From NCBI GenBank assembly GCA_037388505.1, contig JARRKC010000002.1:25320-89319 (forward strand): a stretch of DNA of 64,000 nucleotides, given 5' to 3'. Shown in pieces: positions 1 through 10,098 of this stretch; the first letter of the stretch is position 1; every line of letters begins with the position of its first letter. Source of the DNA: Acidobacteriota bacterium. GTDB lineage: Bacteria; Acidobacteriota; UBA6911; RPQK01; JAPXNP01. A program made the translations under genes and the position numbers. The notes beneath the pieces were generated by a model. The model made no database searches. It saw only the letters and a list, made by a program, of their open reading frames with translations, and was not told the DNA's origin.

Positions 1-1325
1 TGATTCTCCTTCTGATCTTCGTTCTGGGCGCTCTGTCGGCGTCCTTTTGGTTTTGGGACTCCGCTCCTCCCCAGGCTCAACTGACCAGCAACAAGGTCGT
101 CGGAAAGGACTCGGTTGTTCGCATTGAGTGCCGCGACGCGGGGAAGGGCCTACGACACGTTCGTGTCCAACTCAGCCAGGGAGACAAAGTCGAGACTCTG
201 GCGGAGGAAAGCTTTCCACTGACGCGGTATCCATGGGATATATCCGCGAAGGAGCGGACGATCGAGCTCAAATCCTGGTCGGAGCGAGGTCTGCAGGATG
301 GAGAATTCACCATCTCGGTCCGGCTCGAAGACGAACCCAATCTGTGGTTGTTCGGCCGCACCACACAGGAGGATTTCAAACTCCGGTTCGACTCACGCCC
401 ACCCGGCGTCGAAGCCCTGTCCCGTCAACACTATCTGCGCCAGGGAGGGTCGGAGGCGATTCTCTATCGTGTGACAGAGGCGGACTGCCGATCCGGGGTC
501 CGCGTCGGAGACCAGGAGTTCGTGGGCTACCCGGTTCCAGGCCAGCCGGCCGGCACGTATCTGTGCCTGTTTGCGTTGGGCTTCGATCAGTCACCTGACT
601 CTCCCATCCTCCTTTGGGCCGAGGACGCGGCAGGGAATCGTACTGAGAGCCATTTCTCCTGTAAGACCTTCGCGCAGGCTTTCCGGCGCAGGAGGATCGA
701 AATCAGCGATCAGTTCATCAGTTCGGTCGCGCCGGGGATCCTATCGCATACCGACAAGATCAAGGCAGGCAGTTCGCCCCTCGAGACATTCCTGGCGATT
801 AACCGGGATCTCAGGAAGATCAACAATGAGCAGATTGCCCGGCTGACTCGCCAGCCCAGCCCTCGTCTCTATTGGAGCGATCCCTTTCTCCAGCTGAGCA
901 ATTCAAAGGTGGAGTCCGTCTTCGCCGACCAGCGCTCCTACTTCTACCAGGGCAAGAAGTGCGACGAACAGGTGCATCTTGGATTTGATCTCGCTTCCCT
1001 GGCCCACAGCAAGGTCGAAGCCTCGAATGCCGGGAAAGTCGTTTACGCAGACGACCTGGGTATCTACGGCAATGCCGTCATCATCGACCATGGCTTCGGA
1101 CTGTTTTCGCTCTATGGGCACTTGAGCTCTCTATCCGTCAAGGAAGGGCAGATCGTACTGCGGGGGCAGACCCTTGGAAACACCGGGCAGACCGGACTGG
1201 CGGGCGGCGACCATCTTCACTTCTCGATGTTGGTGCAGGGTGTGCAGGTCAATCCGATCGAATGGTGGGATCCCGCCTGGGTCAAGACGCACGTCCTGGC
1301 GAAACTGGCAGGAACTCGGAACTGA
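1..1325 (+). CDS. M23 family metallopeptidase (LytM domain), 5'-partial (start lies upstream of window)
   Basis: Frame-3 reading frame is open from the first base. N-terminal hydrophobic segment ILLLIFVLGALSASFWFW; C-terminal LytM/M23 signature GNAVIIDHGFGLFSLYGHL...GNTGQTGLAGGDHLHFSMLVQGVQVNP. Confidence 0.85.
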   Translation, partial: ILLLIFVLGALSASFWFWDSAPPQAQLTSNKVVGKDSVVRIECRDAGKGLRHVRVQLSQGDKVETLAEESFPLTRYPWDISAKERTIELKSWSERGLQDGEFTISVRLEDEPNLWLFGRTTQEDFKLRFDSRPPGVEALSRQHYLRQGGSEAILYRVTEADCRSGVRVGDQEFVGYPVPGQPAGTYLCLFALGFDQSPDSPILLWAEDAAGNRTESHFSCKTFAQAFRRRRIEISDQFISSVAPGILSHTDKIKAGSSPLETFLAINRDLRKINNEQIARLTRQPSPRLYWSDPFLQLSNSKVESVFADQRSYFYQGKKCDEQVHLGFDLASLAHSKVEASNAGKVVYADDLGIYGNAVIIDHGFGLFSLYGHLSSLSVKEGQIVLRGQTLGNTGQTGLAGGDHLHFSMLVQGVQVNPIEWWDPAWVKTHVLAKLAGTRN

Positions 1326-1338
1326 CTCTCCGGATCGC

Positions 1339-1560
1339 CTACTTCACTCGCCGTAGAACGTTCTGGCGGCGCTTCTTGGCAAGCAAAGTATTGCAGGCCT
1401 CGATCTCCTCGAGAACTTCAGATCTTCGCTGCTCTACCCACCTCGCATCCGATTCCAGGCGCTCCAATTCGGATTCGAGAATGAGCAATCTCAGCTCAAT
1501 CGGCAGGAGTTCTTCGAGAGGAGCTTCTTTGTCACGAGCCATGGTTTGACTTGGGCGCAT
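1339..1560 (-). CDS. hypothetical small coiled-coil protein (73 aa)
   Basis: Heptad-like E/L/R-rich ORF (LEELLPIELRLLILESELERLESD...). Overlaps the 3' end of the VWA gene by 29 nt in another frame. No family recognised, so it may be spurious. Confidence 0.3.
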   Translation of the reverse strand: MRPSQTMARDKEAPLEELLPIELRLLILESELERLESDARWVEQRRSEVLEEIEACNTLLAKKRRQNVLRRVK

Positions 1561-2464
1561 AATAACCTTTTCGGTGACTTACCTTCAAGCCGGAACGCCG
1601 TAGTTTTACGGTAATCCGTCGAAAAGATCCGTCTCGCGCAGTATTCGTAGGGGTATAGGCAAGGCTGTACTGATTCTTGACGGCTGCGTTGATTTTGGCG
1701 AAGGCGCTGCGCAGCTGATCCAAACTTGCCTTGGAATTGAAGAAGAGCCCCCCCGTATCGCGGGCGAACTCCTTCAGCTTCCCGAAATTGGCGTTGAACC
1801 GTCCGCTCCTCACGCCGATGCCGTAGATGACCACATCGTGATCTTGGGCGATTTTGATCGCATCGTCATCGGTATACGTGGAGTGGGTGTCGTCCCCATC
1901 GCTGAGCACGACGATCACCTTGCGACCCACTTGATCGCTCAGCAGGTCCGAGACCGCCAGCCAGATGGCGTCGTACAACTTGGTCGCGCCTCCGGCTCGA
2001 ATATCCTTCAGGGCGCTGTCGAGCAACTTGAGATCAAACGTGAAGTCCTGGTCCAGCATGATCTCGCTGTCGAACTGGATGATGGCAGCCATGTCTTTGT
2101 TCTTGCGCAAGGTCTCCTCGAGGAATGCCATTGCGGCCTGCTTCTCGAAGTAGAGCTTATCCTTGACGCTGCCGCTGGTATCAACAAGCATCATGACATT
2201 CAGAGGTTGGGCATCTGCGCCCGTTTCGCGCGCAAAGTACGTGATGTTCTGCTTGACTCCGTCCTCATAGACGTCGAAGTCGGCTTTGTTGAGATCATCG
2301 ACATAGCGTCCGTGATCTTGCACGGTACAAAGGATATTGACCATTTCGACCGTTGCGCGGAAGGCCGGCTGCGTCTCCTCTTTCTGCGCCATCAGGAGAG
2401 GAGCGGCAAGCCACGTGCACAGAACGGCAAGGGCGAAATAGACGGTACGGTGGGATTTGAACAT
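1532..2464 (-). CDS. secreted von Willebrand factor type A (VWA) domain protein
   Basis: Signal peptide MFKSHRTVYFALAVLCTWLAAPLLMAQ. VWA/MIDAS-type motif MMLVDTSGSVKDKLYFEKQ ... VIVVLSDGDDTHSTYT. Confidence 0.8.
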   Translation of the reverse strand: MFKSHRTVYFALAVLCTWLAAPLLMAQKEETQPAFRATVEMVNILCTVQDHGRYVDDLNKADFDVYEDGVKQNITYFARETGADAQPLNVMMLVDTSGSVKDKLYFEKQAAMAFLEETLRKNKDMAAIIQFDSEIMLDQDFTFDLKLLDSALKDIRAGGATKLYDAIWLAVSDLLSDQVGRKVIVVLSDGDDTHSTYTDDDAIKIAQDHDVVIYGIGVRSGRFNANFGKLKEFARDTGGLFFNSKASLDQLRSAFAKINAAVKNQYSLAYTPTNTARDGSFRRITVKLRRSGLKVSHRKGYYAPKSNHGS

Positions 2465-2476
2465 AAGAACACAACC

Positions 2477-3250
2477 TCAGTGAGCCACGACGCAGCGCTG
2501 GGTGGCAAAAAACGTATACACGGCAGCCGCTGCAAGATAGATCAGGTCGAAGTAACTGATCTCCATACCAGTCATTCTAACAGCAAGGTCGATCGCGATG
2601 GCGGGAACCAGGCTGTAGAGAGCGATCGTAAAGCAGTTCAGGAACGGCAAGCGAATCCCGTAAGAAAGCCCGACCGAATAAGCGAGCGGACTGAGCACGA
2701 GCGCAGTCAGAGGTTTGGCCAGCAGCGAGAAAATCAACAGGAAGGAGTAGGCCAGTGGGAAGTAGCTCCATTTGAGGAAAGTCCCGTAGGAACCGAGTTT
2801 CGAAGGCTCGAAGCTGAACTCTCCGAAGTCGCCCCAGGAATAGCTCTGCGACTTCCCTTCGAAGCGAAGCGTAAGGTCCTTGCGGGCAAAGAGAAGAGCC
2901 GGTTCCTCGAGTGAGAGCGGCTCCGTGTACGTACCGCTTGTGTCGAAAATGAACGTCCAGATGGCGTCGTTCGGTCCGTCGAAGTGCTTCACGATGGGCT
3001 GAACCGACGCGAGCTTCAGCGTTCCCTCGGTAACCTCGAACGGGGGCAGATTCGTTTTCCCCCAGGCGACGAAACTGTCGATGGCCGGGAAGAGCCACCA
3101 GGCATCAATGAGTGTCAGGACGATGGCTACCAGGCCCGCCAGATACAGCAGGAAGAGCAGCGTTTCCCGCAAGGGTTGTTGAAAAACCCTCTTGTAGAAT
3201 TCGAAGTCGGAAATCGCCAGATAGAGCTGACGCGGAAAATAACGCAGCAT
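2477..3250 (-). CDS. multi-pass membrane protein (DUF1189-like, recollection only)
   Basis: Several hydrophobic helices (LLFLLYLAGLVAIVLTLIDAWWLF; YSFLLIFSLLAKPLTALVLSPLAYSVGL; IALYSLVPAIAIDLAV). Only 12 nt from the VWA gene. Confidence 0.55.
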   Translation of the reverse strand: MLRYFPRQLYLAISDFEFYKRVFQQPLRETLLFLLYLAGLVAIVLTLIDAWWLFPAIDSFVAWGKTNLPPFEVTEGTLKLASVQPIVKHFDGPNDAIWTFIFDTSGTYTEPLSLEEPALLFARKDLTLRFEGKSQSYSWGDFGEFSFEPSKLGSYGTFLKWSYFPLAYSFLLIFSLLAKPLTALVLSPLAYSVGLSYGIRLPFLNCFTIALYSLVPAIAIDLAVRMTGMEISYFDLIYLAAAAVYTFFATQRCVVAH

Positions 3251-3253
3251 CGC

Positions 3254-3985
3254 TCAGGCCGAAGCCGAATAGTAAAGGATCCGACTACAATTCTCGCAGA
3301 CAATGATGTCGCGGCCTGTTCGAATCTCAGCGAGTACCTGCGGTCGGATCCGGACGTGGCAGGCATCACAGGATTGATTGGTGACCGGCGCGACCGCCAC
3401 GCCTCCTCGGGCCAGTGCAATGCGCTGGTACCGGTCAAGGAAATCGCGCGGGAGTTCCGATTCGATCACCCTCAACTCTTCCTCGAGTTCCACGAGCTGG
3501 CCCCGAGCCTGGTCGACAAAGGCTTCGACTTCCTTCTTTTGCAGTTCCATCTGCTCCTGTTTCCGCGCAAAGTCTTTTCGAGCCGCCGCTAGGCCGTTCT
3601 CCAGTTCGTCCGCCTCAACCATACACTCGAGAATGAGGTCTTCCTTCTCACGGACCTGGCTCTCGACAAAGCCGATTTCATGAAGCATCGCCTGATACTC
3701 GGTGTTCGTCTTCACTTGCATCAGCTGATCTCGATATTTGGAGAGCTTCGTCCGAAGGTCTTCCACCTCCCTCTCGAGACTGCGACGACTCTTTACCGTG
3801 TCATCAATCGACTCTCGCGCTGAATCGACTCCGTGGCGGTCCGACTCGAGCTGGGCTTCCAGCTCCGCCAATCGTTGCGGTACACCGTCGACTTGCGCAT
3901 GCAGGCGGCCAATCTCGAGGTTGACCTCCTGAAGACGAACCAATCTCTTCAGCAGCTCGCTGTTGTCAATTCCGGCATCTTCCAT
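3254..3985 (-). CDS. zinc-ribbon coiled-coil protein (COG1579 / HP0958-like)
   Basis: Long coiled-coil N-terminus followed by a C4 zinc ribbon CDACHVRIRPQ...IIVCENCSRILY. Only 3 nt from the membrane-protein gene. Confidence 0.75.
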   Translation of the reverse strand: MEDAGIDNSELLKRLVRLQEVNLEIGRLHAQVDGVPQRLAELEAQLESDRHGVDSARESIDDTVKSRRSLEREVEDLRTKLSKYRDQLMQVKTNTEYQAMLHEIGFVESQVREKEDLILECMVEADELENGLAAARKDFARKQEQMELQKKEVEAFVDQARGQLVELEEELRVIESELPRDFLDRYQRIALARGGVAVAPVTNQSCDACHVRIRPQVLAEIRTGRDIIVCENCSRILYYSASA

Positions 3986-4047
3986 CCCATATCTACCCGA
4001 ATAAGTCCCTGTTCCCTTTAACCTGAATCCCGAGATGGGGAAACAAG

Positions 4048-4121
4048 TGGGCCCAGTAGGACTCGAACCTACGACCGTCTGATTATGAGTCAGATGCTCT
4101 AACCGACTGAGCTATGGGCCC
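4048..4121 (-). tRNA. tRNA with CAU anticodon (elongator Met or lysidine-type Ile2)
   Basis: The reverse complement folds as a cloverleaf: GGGCCCA/TGGGCCC acceptor, GCTC/GAGC D-stem, TCTGA-CTCATAA-TCAGA anticodon arm (CAT at 34-36), GTAGG-TTCGAGT-CCTAC T-arm, discriminator A. CCA is not encoded. Confidence 0.85.
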
Positions 4122-4131
4122 CGACACAAAC

Positions 4132-4158
4132 AAAAAAAGGGGGCGATTGCTCACCCCC
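4132..4158 (-). terminator. rho-independent terminator downstream of rpoD
   Basis: On the minus strand: GGGGG-tgagcaatcg-CCCCC followed by TTTTTTT, immediately after the rpoD stop. Confidence 0.6.
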
Positions 4159-4168
4159 TTTGCTCTTC

Positions 4169-5902
4169 TCACAGCGGACCGCCTTCTTTGCCGTTCGCCT
4201 CGAGAAATGCCTTGAGCTTACGACTTCGCGACGGATGCCGCAGTTTGCGCAACGCTTTGGCCTCGATCTGGCGAATGCGCTCTCGGGTGACCGAGAACCT
4301 CTGGCCCACTTCTTCGAGAGTGTGCTCGCTTCCGTCTCCGATACCGAAGCGCATCCTAATAACCTGTTCCTCTCGCGGAGTCAAGCTCTGCAGCACAGCG
4401 GCCGTTTGCTCCTTGAGGTTCAGATTGATGACTGATTCGGAAGGCGAGACGACGCCCCGGTCCTCGATGAAGTCTCCCAGATGGCTGTCCTCTTCTTCAC
4501 CGATCGGCGTCTCCAAAGAGATCGGCTCCTGGGCGATCTTGAGAATCTTGCGGACCTTGCTGGCCGGCATATCCATCTTCGTGCCGATCTCTTCGGCCGT
4601 CGGCTCGCGGCCCAGTTCCTGTACCAGCGATCTGGACGTACGGATCAGTTTGTTGATCGTCTCGATCATGTGAACCGGAATCCTGATCGTCCGGGCCTGA
4701 TCGGCGATCGCTCGTGTAATGGCTTGGCGAATCCACCACGTCGCGTAGGTCGAGAACTTGTACCCCCGCCGGTATTCGAACTTGTCAACCGCCTTCATGA
4801 GGCCGATGTTGCCTTCCTGAATCAGGTCCAGGAACTGCAGCCCCCGATTGGTGTACTTCTTGGCGATCGAAACCACCAGTCGCAGATTGGCCTCGACCAA
4901 CTCCTTTTTGGCGATGTCGGCCTCGAGTTCGCCCTGCTTGATCGTGGCCAACGTTCGCTTCAGCTCCGCCGGAGGCGCCAGCGCACTGTCCTCGATCTCT
5001 TTCAGCTCTTTCTCGATTTCACGAAGGCGAAGCTTGATCTTCTTGGCTTCTTCCAGCTTGAGCGGAGACTCCTGAAGTTTCTTCAGGCGACGGCCCTCCC
5101 GTTCGAGGGAAAGAACCCGCTCGACCACGCTCTTGATCTTTCCGACGAGATGCTCGTGCATCTCGAGAGTCAGATCGAGATCGCGGACCAGACGGGCGGT
5201 CGGAATCCGGTAGCGCGCCAGCTTACTGAGGACAGCTTTGTGTTCGGCGGTTCCCTTTCGAACGTGCCTCAACTGATGACGGAGCTTGTTGGATTCGTCC
5301 TCGAGCTCCGCGACCTTGCTGATCTGTCCGGTGAGCTCTCGGCGCCGCTGCTCCAGAACCTTATCGGTGACTTCCTCTTCCGAGAAATTGACGAAATTCT
5401 TCAGATTGAACTCGGGGCTCTTGAGTGCGTCGAGATATTGACGGATTTCCGCGACCACGACCGGGGATCGAGAAATAGCCTTGAGAACGGTCTTTTTCCC
5501 TCTTTCAATCCGTTTGGCGATCTCGACCTCACCCTCCCGGGTCAGTAGCGGAACCGTACCCATCTCACGCAGGTACATCCGAACCGGATCATTCGTCTTC
5601 TCGAGATCCTCGGCGGCGGTTTCGGTCTCTTCGGACTCCTCCTCTTCGGGAGCATTCCGCGCCTGAGTACGCTTCTTGATGACGTCGAACTCATCTTCGG
5701 AATCGATGAGCTCGATACCGGCGTCCCCGAACAGATAGAAGATATTGTCCAAATCTTCGGAGGACTGAATATCGTCCGGCAACAGGTCATTCACCTCGTC
5801 GTACAGGAGATACCCCTTTTCCTTGCCGGCGGACAAGAGTTCCTTCACGCCGTCGTACTTGTCTTCAATTTCCGAAAGCAAATCTTCGTTATCTCGATCC
5901 AT
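4169..5902 (-). CDS. rpoD: RNA polymerase sigma-70 factor RpoD
   Basis: Acidic N-terminus. Region 2 [27 protein letters not shown]; region 4 [14 protein letters not shown]...[28 protein letters not shown]. Confidence 0.95.
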   Translation of the reverse strand: MDRDNEDLLSEIEDKYDGVKELLSAGKEKGYLLYDEVNDLLPDDIQSSEDLDNIFYLFGDAGIELIDSEDEFDVIKKRTQARNAPEEEESEETETAAEDLEKTNDPVRMYLREMGTVPLLTREGEVEIAKRIERGKKTVLKAISRSPVVVAEIRQYLDALKSPEFNLKNFVNFSEEEVTDKVLEQRRRELTGQISKVAELEDESNKLRHQLRHVRKGTAEHKAVLSKLARYRIPTARLVRDLDLTLEMHEHLVGKIKSVVERVLSLEREGRRLKKLQESPLKLEEAKKIKLRLREIEKELKEIEDSALAPPAELKRTLATIKQGELEADIAKKELVEANLRLVVSIAKKYTNRGLQFLDLIQEGNIGLMKAVDKFEYRRGYKFSTYATWWIRQAITRAIADQARTIRIPVHMIETINKLIRTSRSLVQELGREPTAEEIGTKMDMPASKVRKILKIAQEPISLETPIGEEEDSHLGDFIEDRGVVSPSESVINLNLKEQTAAVLQSLTPREEQVIRMRFGIGDGSEHTLEEVGQRFSVTRERIRQIEAKALRKLRHPSRSRKLKAFLEANGKEGGPL

Positions 5903-5984
5903 TGCGCAGACCCTTAATTATACAGAATTCGTGACGCCCAGATTGACCCACGCGTCTTTCACGCGGCAGCTGCCCTGAACTGTG

Positions 5985-7745
5985 CTAACGTCTGCGACGA
6001 CGTTGGGTCTCTTCTTTCTTTCGCAACAGTTCCTCGAGGCGGGGAGAGGGGACTCCACCTCGCTCCTCGCGGGTGATCTCCTCTTGAATCTGGCGGCTGA
6101 TGCGGTCGCACTGAAGGTCCTGGAGCGCCTCCACACTACTGGCTATGATCTCGTCTGAAAGAACGACTTCCGCGGATTGTAACGAAAGTCGGTCGAACAA
6201 GTCGAGGTCATCGTCCTGCAACGCCTTCCGTACGGTAAAGATGCAGAATTCAGAGCTTTGATTCTTCTGCTGAACGATTTGGTCGAAAATCCTTTCACAG
6301 ACCAGGTTTAGGTAGAGATCCGGTTCGAGGGATCGTATCACTTTCTCCCGATGCGCATCGCTGATCAGCGCGGCCAGAAGCGTCCGTTCGGCCAGAGTGG
6401 GTTCAGGCGGCGTCCTGGGTTCTTCACCGGACTTGTCTCCGGGCTCGTCACCGCGACGTCGTGTTGAACGCGCCTGTCTTCGCAACTCCGTCATGACGAT
6501 CCGTTCATCGAGCATGAGACGGGAGCTGATCTTGGAGATATATTCCGCCCGTTCGATGCGATTCGGGAGCCGGGTGATGTACGGGAGGACATGGTCGACG
6601 ATTTCCTGCTTTCCCTTTGGACTTCGGGGATCCCGTTGCTGGCGGATGAAGTGCTCCAGCAGGAAATCCACGAAGGACTCCGAGGACTTGAGAAATTTCC
6701 GGTACCGCTCGACTCCATGGTTCAGCACGAACGAGTCGGGATCCTCGCCGTGGGGGAGCCGTAATACATTGACCTGGAAACCCTGCGCCAGAAACATGTC
6801 GATCGATCGCAAAGCGGCATTGACGCCGGCCGAGTCCGGATCGAAGTTGACGATCACCTTCCGCGTGTAGCGCCCCAGCAGATGGACCTGACCCTCGGTC
6901 AGGCTGGTTCCGAGAGAGGCCACGATGTTGGCGACTCCGCACTGGGACGGGACGACGCAATCGAAGTACCCTTCCACCAGGATCGCGAAACCGGCTCGCC
7001 GAATTGCTTCCCGAGCCGCCAGCAATCCGTACAGATTGCGGCCCTTGGAGTAGAGAGGCGTTTCGGGAGAGTTCAGGTATTTCGGCACGCCGTCGCCCAG
7101 GATCCGACCGCCAAAAGCAATCGTCTGCCCGCCCAGGTTCTGAATTGGGAAGGTCACACGGCTTCGGAACTTGTCGTAACAGGACCCACCTTCTCCCCGG
7201 GCAACCAGCCCGCATTTCTCGAGTTCGGCGAGCGAAAAGCCGTGGCTGCTCAAGTGATCGCGGATTTGACTGCCTGGGGGCGCGAAACCGAGGCCGAAGC
7301 GACTGATGGTCTCCGAAGTGATCTTTCGGCGCGCAAGATAGTCCTGCGCATCGCTACTGCGAGGCAGTTGTTCCCGGTAGAACTCGTCGGCCAGGCGCAT
7401 GATCTCGAGCAAACGCATCCGCTCGACGTTCTCACCAGACGACTCGGCGGGGTTCGCAGGCAGGGGAATGCCGGACCGTTCGGCGAGGAACGTCACCGCT
7501 TCCGGGAAGGTCAGATGTTCAATTTGCTGGACGAACGCAAAGACGTCGCCACCGACACCGCAGCCGAAGCACTTGAAGATCTGCCGGCTTTCGGAGACTG
7601 AAAAGGAAGGTGTCTTCTCCTGATGGAACGGACACAAGGCCGAATGATTCTGACCCTGCTTGCGAAGGCGCACGTATCCCCCCACGAGATCCACGATGTT
7701 GACGCTCATTCGGACTCTTTCAATAAAGCTGGTGTCAAACTTCAT
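5985..7745 (-). CDS. dnaG: DNA primase DnaG
   Basis: CHC2 zinc finger CPFHQEKTPSFSVSESRQIFKCFGCGVGGDVFAFV. TOPRIM region EGYFDCV. Sits upstream of rpoD as in the classic dnaG-rpoD arrangement. Confidence 0.9.
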   Translation of the reverse strand: MKFDTSFIERVRMSVNIVDLVGGYVRLRKQGQNHSALCPFHQEKTPSFSVSESRQIFKCFGCGVGGDVFAFVQQIEHLTFPEAVTFLAERSGIPLPANPAESSGENVERMRLLEIMRLADEFYREQLPRSSDAQDYLARRKITSETISRFGLGFAPPGSQIRDHLSSHGFSLAELEKCGLVARGEGGSCYDKFRSRVTFPIQNLGGQTIAFGGRILGDGVPKYLNSPETPLYSKGRNLYGLLAAREAIRRAGFAILVEGYFDCVVPSQCGVANIVASLGTSLTEGQVHLLGRYTRKVIVNFDPDSAGVNAALRSIDMFLAQGFQVNVLRLPHGEDPDSFVLNHGVERYRKFLKSSESFVDFLLEHFIRQQRDPRSPKGKQEIVDHVLPYITRLPNRIERAEYISKISSRLMLDERIVMTELRRQARSTRRRGDEPGDKSGEEPRTPPEPTLAERTLLAALISDAHREKVIRSLEPDLYLNLVCERIFDQIVQQKNQSSEFCIFTVRKALQDDDLDLFDRLSLQSAEVVLSDEIIASSVEALQDLQCDRISRQIQEEITREERGGVPSPRLEELLRKKEETQRRRRR

Positions 7746-7751
7746 GGGCGA

Positions 7752-10076
7752 CTACGTTTTGAGCTGAGCCCGGGTCACTCCGCCTTCGACCTGGTAAGAC
7801 TCAACCTGCGGATGCGAGCTGAGGAATCGGGATACGAAAGACCTCAGCTTTCCGGTTCCAAAACCGTGGATGATTGTAACTTCGGAAAGTCGCGAGACGA
7901 ACGCTCGATCCAGGAACTTATCGATCTCGGCTTCGGCTTCGTCCACGGTCTTGCCGACCAGATTGAGCTCGGGATCAGTGTTCCGCACGATATGGATCGT
8001 AACCTGGGAGCTGGGCCGTTCGACGACACTCTCCTTCTCGATTTTCCGCAACTCACCGGTTCGCGTCGTCAGGGCCTTACCGTCGACGTCAATGGTGGCG
8101 GACGGGCCGTCGACGCTCAGCACACGACCCCGCACTCGAAATTCCGGGTGGTAGACGAAGTCGCCGACGCTCAGCGGAGCCTTCTCCTCGTGGCCCGACG
8201 CGGTCTCGGGAGCGCGAGTCGATCGAACCTTCCGGCGGAAGGATTCCTTGAGTGCAGCCTCCCGAATCTGAGCCTGCTTCCGAACCTCCCGGGCCTTTTC
8301 CTGGTCCTGGATGCGTTTGACGAAACGGTTGCCCTCCTCCCGGAACTCCTTGGCGAGGCGCTCCAGCAACTGTTCCGCCTGCTTCTCGTTTTGCTGAAGC
8401 TGCAGATCGAATTGCCGGCGGCGAGTCCTCTCGGCCTCTTCCTGGTCCTCTATTTTCCGAGTCAGATCCGCCTCCTTCTCCCGGAGCAGGTTGATGTGTT
8501 GTCGCAACTCCCTGAGGTAGCCCTCCACCAGCGATTCGCGGTCGCCGAGCAGGGAGCGCGCATGATCGATCACCTCGGCCGGAAGTCCAACCTGAGCCGC
8601 GATTTCGAGCCCGCTGGATTCCCCAGCGACGCCGAACTCCAACACGTAGGTGGGCTTTTGGGTCATGGGGTCGAGGCCCACGCTGGCGTTGCGGACCCCT
8701 GTGGTCAGGGCGGCCCAGGACTTTACGGCCCGGTGATGAGTCGTTGCAAGAACCAGGTTCCCCAGTCGTCGGAAGTGCTCGAGCACGGCGATGGCAAGAG
8801 CCGATCCATAGGTCGGGTCTGTGCCGCGCCCGAGTTCGTCGAGCAACAGCAGGGAGCGAGAACGGCTCATGAGGATGAGCTCCCGGAGTCGCGCGATGTG
8901 CGCTGAAAAGGAGCTGAGCTGCTGAGTGATCGACTGATGATCTCCGATATCTGCGTGAATCCCGGAAAGCAGCGGAATCCTGGCCTCGCGGGCCGGTACG
9001 GGGATTCCGCTGTGAGCCAGAAGGCAAATCAGTCCAATCGTCTTCAACGAAGCGGTTTTGCCGCCGGTATTGGGTCCGCTGATAACCAGTACCGGTTCGT
9101 CCGGCGTCAGTTCGGCATCGATCGGTACCACGCGGCGGTCCCCCAGAGCCCTGACCAGCAGCGGGTGGCGAGCCTGCTGAAGGAACAGTTCGTTCTCCGG
9201 ACCGATCTGCGCCGTACAGCAGGAAAGGCTGTCAGCGAACCGGACGCAGGCAAAGCGGCACTCCAGCGCGGCAGTGGCGTCGATGATCTGAACGAGCGCG
9301 TCGATCTGTCGACGCGCTTCGGTGGAGAGAGTTTTCAGTAGAGTCTGAATGATCTCCGATTCTCGGTCGGTGTAGAAAATCAACTGGTTGTTGAGTTCGA
9401 CGACCGAGAAGGGCTCGACGAAAACCGTGGCACCGGACGAGCTGGCTCCGTGGACGATTCCGGGGACATCCTTCTGATGTTCCACTCGCAGCGGAATTAC
9501 GTAGCGATGGGCGCGCTGCGTGACGAAGGGATCGTCGATCAGGAACTTCGCGCGACTTCCCTTCAGAAACCGTTCGAGGTGCTCCTGGGCCTTGCGGCGG
9601 AACTCATCCTGGTGCCTGCGGGCCGCTGCCAGCTCCGGGTGAGCCGAATCTCTAATCCGGCCGCGCTCGTCGAAGGTGTTCTCGATTCGTTGCTGCAGGA
9701 CGACAGGAAGCGGGTGATCGCCGAGCAGACTGAACAATCCGGGATACTCATCGGGTTGCAGTGTCTCTCGTACCGAAGACGCGAAGCTCAGGTAGTCACG
9801 GAGAACCAGGAAGTCTTCAGGAGCCAGGCTCGATCCGGGGTCCTGCAGACGGGACAGTACCGATTGAGGATCGGGCAGATCAAAGGAAGGCCCCAAACCG
9901 GCACTCTGCAGCCGATCGGTCTCGGCGATCTGAAGCTGGAAGTCGTTGATGGCCTTCAGCTCAGCTTGGGGCCGGATTCCCAGCACCGCCTCTCGCCCCT
10001 GAGGAGTACGAGTGAACCCCGCGATGATTTCCAAAACTTGGTGATACTCGAGTAAGTCGAGGGTTTCGACATCCAT
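7752..10076 (-). CDS. mutS2: endonuclease MutS2
   Basis: Walker A ISGPNTGGKTASLKT; MutS signature LLLLDELGRGTDP; C-terminal Smr domain VTIIHGFGTGKLR. Confidence 0.9.
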   Translation of the reverse strand: MDVETLDLLEYHQVLEIIAGFTRTPQGREAVLGIRPQAELKAINDFQLQIAETDRLQSAGLGPSFDLPDPQSVLSRLQDPGSSLAPEDFLVLRDYLSFASSVRETLQPDEYPGLFSLLGDHPLPVVLQQRIENTFDERGRIRDSAHPELAAARRHQDEFRRKAQEHLERFLKGSRAKFLIDDPFVTQRAHRYVIPLRVEHQKDVPGIVHGASSSGATVFVEPFSVVELNNQLIFYTDRESEIIQTLLKTLSTEARRQIDALVQIIDATAALECRFACVRFADSLSCCTAQIGPENELFLQQARHPLLVRALGDRRVVPIDAELTPDEPVLVISGPNTGGKTASLKTIGLICLLAHSGIPVPAREARIPLLSGIHADIGDHQSITQQLSSFSAHIARLRELILMSRSRSLLLLDELGRGTDPTYGSALAIAVLEHFRRLGNLVLATTHHRAVKSWAALTTGVRNASVGLDPMTQKPTYVLEFGVAGESSGLEIAAQVGLPAEVIDHARSLLGDRESLVEGYLRELRQHINLLREKEADLTRKIEDQEEAERTRRRQFDLQLQQNEKQAEQLLERLAKEFREEGNRFVKRIQDQEKAREVRKQAQIREAALKESFRRKVRSTRAPETASGHEEKAPLSVGDFVYHPEFRVRGRVLSVDGPSATIDVDGKALTTRTGELRKIEKESVVERPSSQVTIHIVRNTDPELNLVGKTVDEAEAEIDKFLDRAFVSRLSEVTIIHGFGTGKLRSFVSRFLSSHPQVESYQVEGGVTRAQLKT

Positions 10077-10098
10077 GTCGGGTCCACCACGAGACAGA

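Noticed and set aside
7623-8906. 427-aa plus-strand ORF, and the 8089..9027 minus ORF
   Set aside because: Both overlap mutS2 in other frames. They are low-complexity R/G/P-rich translations, judged to be GC-driven artefacts.
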